Below are positions 11,701-23,700 of a stretch of DNA of 64,000 bases, in pieces. How positions within the stretch are numbered: position 1 is the stretch's first letter; each line of letters begins with the position of its first letter. Position numbers and translations under genes: made by a program. The notes beneath the pieces are model-generated. The model searched no databases, was not told the origin of the DNA, and saw nothing but the letters and a program-made list of their open reading frames with translations. Location of the stretch: the NCBI GenBank assembly GCA_949358305.1, contig OX442314.1, forward strand, positions 28,396,001 through 28,460,000, given 5' to 3'. This DNA comes from Strigamia acuminata (taxonomy: Eukaryota).

Positions 11701-14700
11701 GCGAATGTTGTACATTTCGCAATACTCATTGTAAATATCGGAAACAAATTGTTTTCCGTTATCGCTCACAATCTTTTTGGGGTGTCCCCATCTGTTTGTA
11801 ACAGATCTTAATTCTTGAACGCAGTTAGCGCTCGTGGCTTTTGTCAAAGCCTTAATTTCAACGAACTTGGTACAATTGTCAATAATGACAAAAATATACT
11901 GATTTTGGGACCTTCCCGCGGGTTTCGGGCCCATCAAGTCCATGTTAATACATTCCCAAGGATTGGTCATGTTGTGTGGTGTGTAAGGAGCTGCGTGCCT
12001 TTTCTGTTGAATAGGTTTGTACTGAGCGCAGTGCGTGCAGCTTTTAACGTAGTTCCTGACACTTCTACTCATACCAGGCCAGAAATATATTAAACGCGTT
12101 TTCTCAAGCGTCTTACTCATCCCAGCGTGACCGCTTAGGGGGTGGCCATGACAAGCGAAGAGTACTCGTTTTACGAGTGCACTGGGTACAACGGCTTTAA
12201 AGCCATTTCCCGAATCGTTTAATTCCTCTTCGAACGAAGGGTTAAAATAGATGATCATTTGATCACCATCAACTTCTTTTTTGTCTAAACAATAGTTTTT
12301 GACTTTGTTTTTCCATTCTTTTATTTCAGATTGTGGTATCCCAACAACCTTGTCATTCAATAAATATTCTCGAATGCGTTTGCATTCATTATCTAGTAAC
12401 TGAGCATCTATTATTTCTCTCCTTGTAGGAGGGACTTCCTTAAGTACTTCAGTCAACGCACTGTACAAGGTTTCTTGTACTTCCTCCCCCTCCTTTTCTT
12501 CAGAACATTCTTTAGAATTTTCTGAAAAATAGGAACGCACACTAGCCAAATATTCTCGTTTCTCCGGGGCACGATTTAATGAAACAGAAGGATTTCCGTC
12601 CCACTCAGGCCAGTATTGTTTAATTTCAACAGGTTCCACATGATCACGAAGAGGAATGTCTTCCTCTGTTAGTGGGGCTCTAGAAAGTGCGTCTGCAACT
12701 TGGTTAGCAGCACCTTTTCGAAAAACAATTTTAAAATTTCCACATTGGATTCTTAAGGCCCATCGGCCAAATTTCCCAGATGGTTCAGGCGTTCGCATCA
12801 ACCATTTCAGTGCTTCTGCATCTGACTCTAAAGTGAATGTACCATATTCGAGATATGGTTTAAATCGATCAATAGCCCACACAACTGCGAGACATTCGAG
12901 TTCCGGCGTTGTATAACGCTTCTCCGCTCCACGTAAAACTCTGCTTGCATAAGCTACAGGTCTGGGTACAGAAATGTTTTTCTGCTTCTTTTCATCGAAT
13001 ATATCGACATCTTGGCAAAGGACAGCTCCTAAGCCTTCATGAGAAGCGTCAGTCATGACGACAAATGGCAAAGTCATGTCTGGTTTATGGAGACAATTGT
13101 CACCACATAGTAGCTCTTTAATTCTATTAAAAGCTTCTGTCTGCTCATCTCCCCACTCAAATGGAGTTTTCTCATTCATCATACGTGTGTATGGCGCGGC
13201 AATAGTTCCGTGATTTGGAACAAACTTCCTGAAGAAGTTAGTCATGCCGTGAAAGCGCTGAATGTCTTTAGCACACGTGGGGGTGGGAAATTTCATAATC
13301 GCCGATATTTTGTCGGGATCACCGAAGAGACCTTCGGGTTTAATCCAGTGGCCCAAGAATTTTAATTCTGTACGCCCAAAACGAGATTTCGCTTTATTTA
13401 TTGTCATGTTGGCTTGGTTAAGCCTTTCCAAAACATCTCGAACATGTTTGAGATGATCATCCCAATTATCTGAATACACAATTACGTCATCCAAATAAAC
13501 TAACGCGTAGTCTTGTAAAGCTGAGCCTAAAATGCCTTCCATCAGACGCTGGAAAGTACAAGGCGCATTGCAAAGGCCGAACGGCATTCGCACAAATTGA
13601 TAAGGGCCGTTTGGCGTATAAAACGCCGTTTTTGGACGATCTTCCTCACACATTTCGACTTGGTAGTAACCTTTAACAAGGTCAATAGACGTAAAATACT
13701 TTGCCGGACCAGTATTATGCAATAAAAGGTCAATACTTGGCATTTGTATTACTTCGACTTCAGTGATGGCATTTAGCCACCGGTAGTCAATGCACATCCT
13801 ATACGAGCCGTCAGGCTTCGCAACAATGACTGGATGACTTATGAAGGGCCCCTTGGCCTTTTCAATGAGTCCATCCTGTTCCAATTCTGCAGCTAGTTTG
13901 GTCATAATGGCTCTCTTGGCCGGGTTATACATTCTATACTGCATTTTGGGCAATGAATGCCCTTCTTTGAACTTAATACGATGTTGGGTCACGTTAGTGC
14001 ACCCAACTTGATCACGAAATACATTCGGTATCGATTTAACCACTTCGCGAAGTGCTAGTCGTTGTTCTGGAGTGCAGTCGCTCTCCTCAACTAATTTTTC
14101 ATCCCAAGTCAACACAGGAGTGTCTGTTAACTCAATTGAGTTGAGAGTGGACGACAGTCCTAAATAATCGAAAGTAATTCGATTCAACGGGGCGAGGGCC
14201 AAATTGGCTTCTTCCGATTCATAAGGAGCGGACCAATTAGGTTTATCTGCACAAGAGAATTCTTGTAAATGTGGATGCGGACTAATTTTCTGTCTGCGCA
14301 TGAAATTGTGACCAAGTATCAAGCCACAAACATCGTTTTGCTAAAACGATGAAATTCATTGGTGTAAATTCATCAGCCCATTGCACGCACAAAGTTATTT
14401 GTCCGACAGGCTTGTGTGCTACGCCTACAGCGTTAACCAACATGTTTCTGGGGGCCTCTTGCAAAAATTCTGGCAAAGCCTGAGTTTCAGACAAGAGTTG
14501 TTCCCCAATGTAACATTGAGATGCTCCTGTATCCATGAGCGCGTTGTAGGTGAGCCCACCAATTGTGATCTTCATTCGAGGATCATCTTTATTATTACCT
14601 AAAGTAATATTGTGCAAATTATTGCCGCCTATGACTCTGTTGAGTCGGCGAAGTCTACAGAATTTCTTCGTGTAACACTTGTGGGGAAACAATGTCAGAT

Positions 14701-17700
14701 TTTTTAATTGTTCTGTCATTTCTTGCAGATTTTCCTCTACTCCGCCACTATGACTAGTGGCTACTTCAAGACAAGTTGTGTCTACATCCATAAATAAAGA
14801 TTCCGACGTAGCATCAGCCACTTCTGGGGGATGGAATAAACCTTCTTCCCCCGGATCTAGTTTTTTGAACTAGTCGCACTTGAATCAGCAGATTCTGGCT
14901 TGATCAAAGTCTTGACCATTTCTGCCAACGAGTTAGTCAGCGAAGTTTGTAACTTATTTTCAAAAGTATTAAGTTTCGCATCAAGTTTAGCATCTAGTGT
15001 TGCATCCAACACTTCTTGAGTTATCCATCTATTATTAGGACGTTTAGAAGTAGGATCCACAGTCGGGGAATCCGGCGTACTTCGTTTTTGCAACTCTTCA
15101 GAGTTGAAATTTGTACGTGGTTTTAAATCTGGACAATCTCGACGCATGTGTCCTGGTTTCTTACAGTGGTAACAAACTAATTGACCACGTCTGGTCTGAT
15201 CTACTGCTCCATTTATTAGATAAACGGCCTCACACTCCTCAGGTAACTCTTCATCACAAATATTAAGTTGTTCTTGTGAATTCAAAGTTAAAGATTTAAC
15301 ATTTGTCTTCGACTGAGGACGTGTGTCAGTTTTCCGAGGTGGGAAAACGACTGGATTGGAAATATTTTCCCTTGCTCCATTAGCTGTACGACTGTACAAG
15401 CCTTTATTTTTTGTTATAACGGCATAAATCTCTGTCAGAGGTAAATCTGCTATGCCTTGCGTATGCAAAAGCAAATCATTAGCAGGAGTTACACTCCCGA
15501 TAAAAAGACAACCAGCTCCTTTTGCATCAAGACTGTCTTGTAATATCCATAACTGGTAATATTTGTGCATAAAGTCGTAAAGACTTTCTGTTTCCAGTTG
15601 TTTCAACTTAGTTAGTTGGTTCGTCCGCTCTTGTCGAGTGGCTACAAACCGTTCTTTGAACGCCTGTTCAAATACTTCCCAAGATATGAAATCTTCTCTC
15701 CTTTCATGAAACCAACCATGCGCTTGCTCGGTTAAATAACCGGCCACGCCTTTAACAAGCATGTCATCGAGTGACATGTTTCGCAGGAAAGCGACATTTT
15801 TTACAATATTGAGAAAGCGTTCGCTTTCTTCTGCTTTTCCGGAGAATACAGGGATATCTGGTGGTTTCAAACAGTTAGTTTGAGGGACAGTGGCGGAACT
15901 TTTTCCTGCCTGTATTAACTTGTGCATGGTCGTGGCAATTGACGCGAGGTCATCAGCCGTCATTCCAAAGCTACTGGGGGGGCGCGAGTTGTCATTTGAC
16001 GACCCGCCATTATTTGGTTGACTCGAGTTATTTTGACTTGAGCCACCACTATTGGGGTTGAAATTATTCGACCCTCCTTGATTTGACCTGCTGTGGTTAC
16101 CAAAGTTCGAATGGTTATTCGAATTGCCTCGGTTTCCATAATTCGAATGATTATTAGAATTACCCTGATTGTCAAAATTCGAACGGTTGTTCGAACTTTC
16201 TTGATTACCAAAATTCGGACGATAGTTCGAATTACCTGGCGTACCTCGATTCAAATAGTTATTTGAATTTCCTGGAGTTCCAGTAGAAGGATTATTTAAA
16301 TCATTCGGATTATTTAGGTTATTCGAGTTCGGAGGAACTGGGTGACCCCTTTGCATGTTAGGTGCTGGACTAGAATTGTTTGCAAATCTAGAATTTGGGT
16401 CAAAACGACGGTTTGGACCTCTTGTCGCACCTGAATTTGGGTTCAAATTTCCAGCGAGATTCGGACAACTATTCGATCCGTTTAGAAAACTTGGATTAGG
16501 GTTGACCATATTAGGCGGATCCAAATTCGCTCTGTTGAACGTATTCTCAAAGTTCTCTGGATTTGTAAATCCCCTTTGTTGGTTGCGAGCGAAGTTATTC
16601 GCTCGTAATCGTTGTTGGAAAGCACGATTAAAATCTCCTGGTGTCAAATTCGACTGATCTTGACGAGGAGGTTGTGCATTTTTATTTCTATATCTAGAAA
16701 TAGGCGTCGAAGGAGTGGGACTAAAATTATTTAATCTTTGGCTGGCTGGGGAATGGGGTTGCTCCGACGTAGCACGAGGTGCGTGCACAAAATCTAACAC
16801 TTCGGTCAAAGATCTAAATTGGTTTGGGTTCAAACCGTGATCCTGACAAAATAATAGACCGCCTCGGCCTAAATGAGAACCTTCAGGAATGCATTCCTCT
16901 TCTCCAGGCGGAGTAGGTTCACGTGGAGCCCTATTCTCTCCAGATGGTCCGGCTGTTTCATTTGAAACGCCATTATGGACCGCGTGGTTTTCCACTTCTT
17001 CAGTTCCATTAGGAACAGGTATAAACCCGGATAGATTCATTCCACCGGTCAAACAAGTTCTTTCCTTACCACGGGTGTTCATGTGATGCTGGTTATTAGT
17101 CATAACTAAACTTAAAACTAAGAAAATTTCCTAAGTCTGAGAGATAACGATGAAGTTGCAAACGTTCAGGAGGATCGCAAACGAAGCAGTGGTCACACTA
17201 GTTCGAAAGGAAGTAAGGGTACTTCGATACACCTCTCTGATTGGTCAAGTATCAACGCTAGTCTCGCGAGAGTCCAATCTCGTCCGAGATTGGTGGAAAT
17301 CACTAACTTCGTGGAACCTTAATCTTGTCAGATTTCAGTGTTATGACGTAGTCACAAACAATATGGATACTTTTCAAAGTACCCTAAAATATTATCAAAT
17401 TTATGTAATAAAATGACCATTCCATGAGAATTTTAAAGTATTAAAACCCACAATTTTAATAAAGCGCGTCAAATCGTTTGAATCGACGGCTTCTCTGCAC
17501 AACCTGGTTGCTAGGCAACACAACAGTGAGAATTTTTCTTCGCTAAAATTCGAACGGTACTCCATTCGTAAAAATTCGATTCCAACGCCTTGAAATCACG
17601 ATTTTTAACCAACATTCCAATGTAAATCACGTCTGTAAAATAAGGTAAACCCACTTTGAAATAAAATATAAATTTTAATTCCTTCGAAAAAGCGTCAATT

Positions 17701-20700
17701 TTCTTTCTAATTTATTTAGGCAAATAAATTTAGGTTTGACTTGAAGTCTCAAGCAAAATACATATAAAAGAATATTCTAAAATTAAAACAACTGTTAAAT
17801 TGATAGAATTCTTTAAGAATTCCATCAAAAGTCAACTTTTCAAAATTAGGCCCGACCGCGTGGTTTTGTCAGATTGTCAACGACAAAATGACGTTACCCG
17901 GGCGGAACCAACTTCAACAAGTTCGGGCAAGATTCTCCGTTCTCAGGGTTTAGGCCTTTAGGCCTGACCACGCGGTAGAAATTACTATTTTGTTAAAACA
18001 AATAATTTCCACTGCGGAGAAAACAGAATAAAGTGAGTGACACTTATTATCTTGCGAGAAGTTCTAAAACAGAATAAAATATATTAAACACTTATAAATC
18101 TCAAACGAAATTTATTTTACACACAAAAATCACCATAAACGTTACATTACTCGAGTTCACCATAGACATGCAAAACTTCAAATTTTATTTAAAATTTGGC
18201 AGCCTATCTCGGTAGAACCTCCACTTGTGACGGTTCTAACGAGATTCCTATAAAAAGAAAAACATTATACATACATGGATTCTATCACACAAAAATTTCA
18301 TTCGAAATTTTATCACCGTAAGCACATTTCCGAATTCTCATACACATAATACACAAACTCAAAATTCATTTGAATTTTTTGCAGCCTTATCTCGGTAGAA
18401 CCTCCACTTGTGACGATTCTACTTTTGGGCTAATTTATTAGTCCTTTTGAGATAGATAATTCGGTTTATACAAGACGTTGCTAAGTTTAACAACAACCTA
18501 ACCGAGATAAGCTACGGAAGCCCTTACAAACATGAATATGTGATCAAGTAGGAATAACTTACAGTTTTAGTGTGCCATAACATATTTATTACTAAATATT
18601 AATGATAACAGAGATGGGTTCTGGACGCGTGTAAACAGGCGGCATCAACTGGTTGAGGATCCGGGCGAAGCCAAGGGATACGGCTGACTTGCGGCATCGT
18701 CACAAATAGCGCTACGGAGACGCATTTGGTCCGCAGCTCGAATATCTAATAATGCGAAGAATCCTTCGCATAAGTAGGAATATTCGGCAGAATATTCCAT
18801 GTTCCAAATGAATAAAAGTAATTAGTGGAATACAACAAATGAATTGTTGTATAAATATTAATTGGGCGGGGACCGTCACGACAATTGAGAGAACGTCGCG
18901 GGAGTTGTTGAGACTCCATCCGCCAGCATGCCTTACGACGACAAGATCTCGTGATCAGGCGCCGAGTATTTGTTTGTACGCTTTAATTCGCTGTCGGTGG
19001 TACCAACCACCAGGTAAACATTTCTATGGACTTACCGGGTTTAAAAGATATTGCCAATACAGGATTACCAATGCCCGAGTAATTTATTTAACACGACATA
19101 TTTATATATCATTCACGGGTTACTAACCCGGAGGGTACGATGGGGCGGGGACCGTCACGACGGTCGAGAGAACCATCGCGGGAGGATTTGACTCCTCCAT
19201 CCGCCAGCATGCCTTACGATGGCGGGATCCAACGATCGAGCACCGGGTAAAATATTATTTGGCCACTGCCGTTGGATTACCATTATCCAGGTAGTTATTT
19301 ATCGCAACATCTGCAGATATTACTCACGGGCTACCAACCCGGCGTGTTACCTGTGCATTAGGCCTTTACCGACTTTTAACGAGCGGAAGGACCAATCGTA
19401 GAAAGACGGGAACCTGCGTGGGCTGTTTACAACAACCATCCTGCAGCGGACTGTGGCCAGTTAGCTGAGGGACCTACTTTCATTTGGCAAGGTCGTACTG
19501 TATACGACCGTTATATTAAGCCACCGTACGAAGTCCTACTGTCCCGTAGAACAGCTGGCTAACGTTACGGGGCCATTTCATGCGAATGCATGTCTATTAC
19601 CGGAGTTGGCCTTCCCGAAAAGGCCTTACAACAACAATAACAGATAGTAATGAATACTATCTGTGGAGAGCTGAGGTGGCCTGATGTGTCGATAGAGAAT
19701 AATGAAATCAAACGATAACAATTCAACTACAGACAATATACAAGTTCAGTTATCAAGCAAGCCAGCGGAAGTGAGAAACTGGAGCTTATATAGTTCTGTA
19801 GAACTACTAGATTGGCGACAGCCAATCAGCGTACGAATCGGCGGATTCGTGGGTCACTAGTCCGGACCTAATATATGACTATGTCCAGATGGGCCCAGTT
19901 GGGGGCAGGAAGGGTCCAATTGGTTCCCTTCAACAGGTAAGTAATGTAAATATTGATTCGATAGAATCAACTTGTCAAGTAAATAATACTTAATTTATAT
20001 CGAATAAAATAGTTATATTTTATTCACCGTGTTTAAATAATTATTTATCACACTTTTAGTTTTATCGAGTTTGAATTACGCGCGTTTGGTAAACAGCGCC
20101 ATCTATTGTGAACATTGATAAATACGGATTTGTAATCATCACAATGGTAACCTAAAATTATAAAGATTTATTACAACCCAGTGCAGTAACTCATACCGTA
20201 TGGTGTCAACCCCTTTGACTTTCCCCATGCATGGACCTCCTCTGAGTCCTCTTGTACCAGCCCATACAGAATCTTTAGTTAATTTTGTAAATTTAGCTTC
20301 TAAATTTAGAAAAGACTTAAAATAAAAAAACAAGAAAATTTGAGATAGATACACGACAATCTTATTTTGCATTCTGATGTCACCCTGATTGATGGTGTAA
20401 GCCAGTGCAGTCCGCACTCCCTGAACTCTGGTAAATAATCTCTATTTCTACCGTAACTTTGGTGTGGAGTTTTTCGGGTTCGAGACAGACATGTTAGGTC
20501 GCCAGAGGGCGCTTGGACGTAACACCGCTAACACGTGCATTGTCAAGACGCCCGATAGACGTTTATTGGCAACAGCCAATAGGAGCGAGCGATTGTTGTA
20601 TTTAAACAGGGTTATTTTGTAATAATAAAGAACTAAAGAACACTTTTGAATTTAAACTAGCAGAGTGTGTGTCGTGCACTGATGGTCCACCATTGTTTAT

Positions 20701-23700
20701 TTTCGGAGTCAGCTGTCAATTAGTTTTGATAGTTTATGGAGTGTTTTGCACTCCATCTTATTTTTGATAATTTGCGCCATCTGTACTTTCATGCAAATAA
20801 AATTCATTTATGCTAATTCTACACTACTGGCTGGTCACTGCTCCAATCCAATCCAGCCGTATTATTGCAATCCAATTGCATCCATTTTCCATCCACACAA
20901 TCCAAGCACAAGATCACATCAGTTTACACTACAAGTAGAACTTCTGGATTTTGAGGGCCCAAGTAGCAACGTTCAAATCTGTGAAGAAATATTACTCACT
21001 TGCATCGAACAAAATTATAAATCATTTTTTTATAACAATCATCCTCGCATCGTTTGTATTTGTCGTGGTCAAGACAAGGTTGTGCTCGTAAGTTTAATCG
21101 AACGATCTAAAATAGAGCAAATGTTTCAAGAGTGTATATGTAATAAACTGATGTATTACTTTAATCATCTTAAATGTAATAACAACTAAGGTGTTATCTA
21201 CAATACTTCTTCTACTTCTGAGAATTGATGGTATTTTAGCATCATTTTGTCGAAAGTATATCTACAAAAGAAATTACGATTACCAACAATTTCTACATTT
21301 ACACATGTAACTAAACATAACCACAGTACAAGTAGTTCGCCTGGGCAATTTACACCTCTGATCCCATCCATCTAAGCAGTTTACCATTAACCATGACTTT
21401 CCCTAAAACGTACATTACGTTACGTGAAAAATATTATAAAGAATCAATCTGTACTGAGGGACTACTACGGTAGTAACTTATTACACATTGATCAAGACAT
21501 ACAAGACGGCAGAAAAGTTGGCACATTGACGTGTCCAGTCTTGTAGTCAGTGTTAAGATCTGAAATTTCAGATATTAATAGCTACTGTTCTACCAGATTT
21601 TTTAAATTGAATATTCCATCTTTTCATTGTCATTTTTACCGTACGGATTACTTAAAATTGCAACAACATTTTCAAGTTTTCTTTTAACTGAATTGTAGCT
21701 CAATAATGGTAAAATGTAGAATGATATCTTTAACACTACGATTCATTCATTTATTTTGTTATCTTTAAAAAATTGTATGAAAATTGGTCATGACCTGAAC
21801 TTAGTTTTGACCAATATTCCATTTATTTGTCAAGGAATTGTACATTACTTCATACTCATGCTGATTACATATTTGACCTGCCAATGGTTGCAGACTAAAA
21901 AATATTAGTGATATAGGTAGCTCCGGCAAATTTCAGTGGTGCTGCAACAAGATAAAGCTCGTATTAATTTTTCATGTACAATTTATATAAAATGTCTAGT
22001 TATGTACGTATATCAGATTGAAAGCATGTTCCAGTGGGCATAGCTATTTTACTCCATGTTACATTAGTTCTTACTCCAGTAACCTGCAAAAACATTTATG
22101 ATCATGTGACCGGCAGGCCACCTGGGTGACCTGCGGCACTGCCACACACCACCATACGGCCCCAAAGGTCAAACCCCTCTGTGGGTAATTGACCTAGCCC
22201 GGGGAGGAGGGAGTGGAGTGGTGTGGTGAGGAGAGGAGTGGAGGAGAGAGAGTTGTAATAGACACGGCCTGAGAAGGACGTGTCTGGAGTGGCTCCCCGA
22301 GAGGAGAAGGTGTTCATCTGGGAGGGACAAGAAGTGTCCCGGTTTGGACTCTGTACTCCTCACCATTCACCACGATGATACTCAGTACAGCGGCTGAGCC
22401 CGTTGTGCAGCCTCCATGAGTGGACGCGTGGGTCATAGGTAAGTACAACATGAATGCCTAGTCGAACCGACCACGTCACCCATTGGGTTCCCACCCAGTG
22501 TGTGACGGGCCGGTTGCCGGTGCGGCGTGCCTTTGTGGCACCAGCGCAGCGGGTAACGGGATTCCCCATACCCCTAGACAACGCAATAAAGGCCAACCAA
22601 CCAATATTGTGGGATTCTCCGTTATTTCACGTGAAGTATGCTTCCCTACCCAGTGTTCTCAGTCCCCTGACTACATTGGCACAATCAACTTTCAGTTAAT
22701 TAACATACGTTTGTAGATTAAACAATTGTATGTAACCAAAGGTACCCTCGCTCTGTTTATTAAATGGTGCAACCTGAGTTTGAAACCCTCTCTAAAAATC
22801 AGTTCTGTTCATAGCACAAAAACTGTAACCCATTATGAAAATAACATCCTAAAACAACAGAATTTATCTTAATTATGTTATTATTATTTTCTATTCTACA
22901 TTCTACCTAGAACATCCACTTCATTAGTATAAAATTTGCTTTTGTCTTTAAGAAACCGTAAAGAATTGTTTTAAAATGAATTCCTTTATGATTTAATGTC
23001 AGCAAATGTTTGATTTGTATATGTATTTTAGATACCTAGTCTGGAGTCGTGAAAACCTTTCTCGAGCGAAAAGAGGTCGTGAGTGGAAAAAGTTTGTTCT
23101 CAACTGTTTTTACATAAAGATTATGTTTGATGTACAGCAGATCCCCAACTTACGTACACACCGTGGCTCGACCCACCCAGATATCCCAGTACTAAATTTG
23201 TACCCAGTCCAGCCCTGGTTACAAACATCCAAACTTAAAAGATACCAATTACAAATTAAGTTTACGTGGTTGGGACTAGGATAAGCACAAATAATAAACA
23301 ACAATATATTGTTGTTTATTACGCAGTAATTTATAATAAAATCATAAAATCATAAAAAAAATATGATTCAAAAATGTTTTTCTTAATTACAGGGGTAAAC
23401 AATTTTTTCACTTTGTATGTAGATCCTTGACAGCAGAACAAGTGCTTGGAACTCTACTACGGTAATTCAAAAGTTGAGGACCTGCTGTATATATGCATAA
23501 TCTCGCTTTCATGTGATTGGATGCAGAATGCTGGGTGCATTCGTATTCAATCCTTGATATTGGCGCCCTCTTGCAAACACGGATGCCAAAATTTTATTTG
23601 GTCTATAAACTGTCACGATTAATTCAATGTTGGGGAATTAATTTAACAAAATTATCGCGGGAAGGTGGAATTTGCGCAATGTTAGGGCAAAGGCTCGTGG

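Larger units (their letters stand above)
6212..20143 (-). mobile_element. Full-length Ty3/Gypsy LTR retrotransposon, 13,932 bp
   Basis: Two 1735-bp direct repeats with TGTGA...TCACA termini; 4-bp TSD ATGG (6208-6211, 20144-20147); gag, PR, RT, RH, IN order; PBS and PPT present. Confidence 0.97.

Noticed and set aside
20139..20417. 92-aa ORF as a channel exon
   Set aside because: Only the last 8 nt before the LTR (20144-20151) follow a good acceptor and match the LPF motif; the rest shows no family similarity.
20746..21189. 147-aa plus-strand ORF inside the channel gene
   Set aside because: TTG start, no recognisable domain; possibly decayed transposon sequence, cannot be supported.
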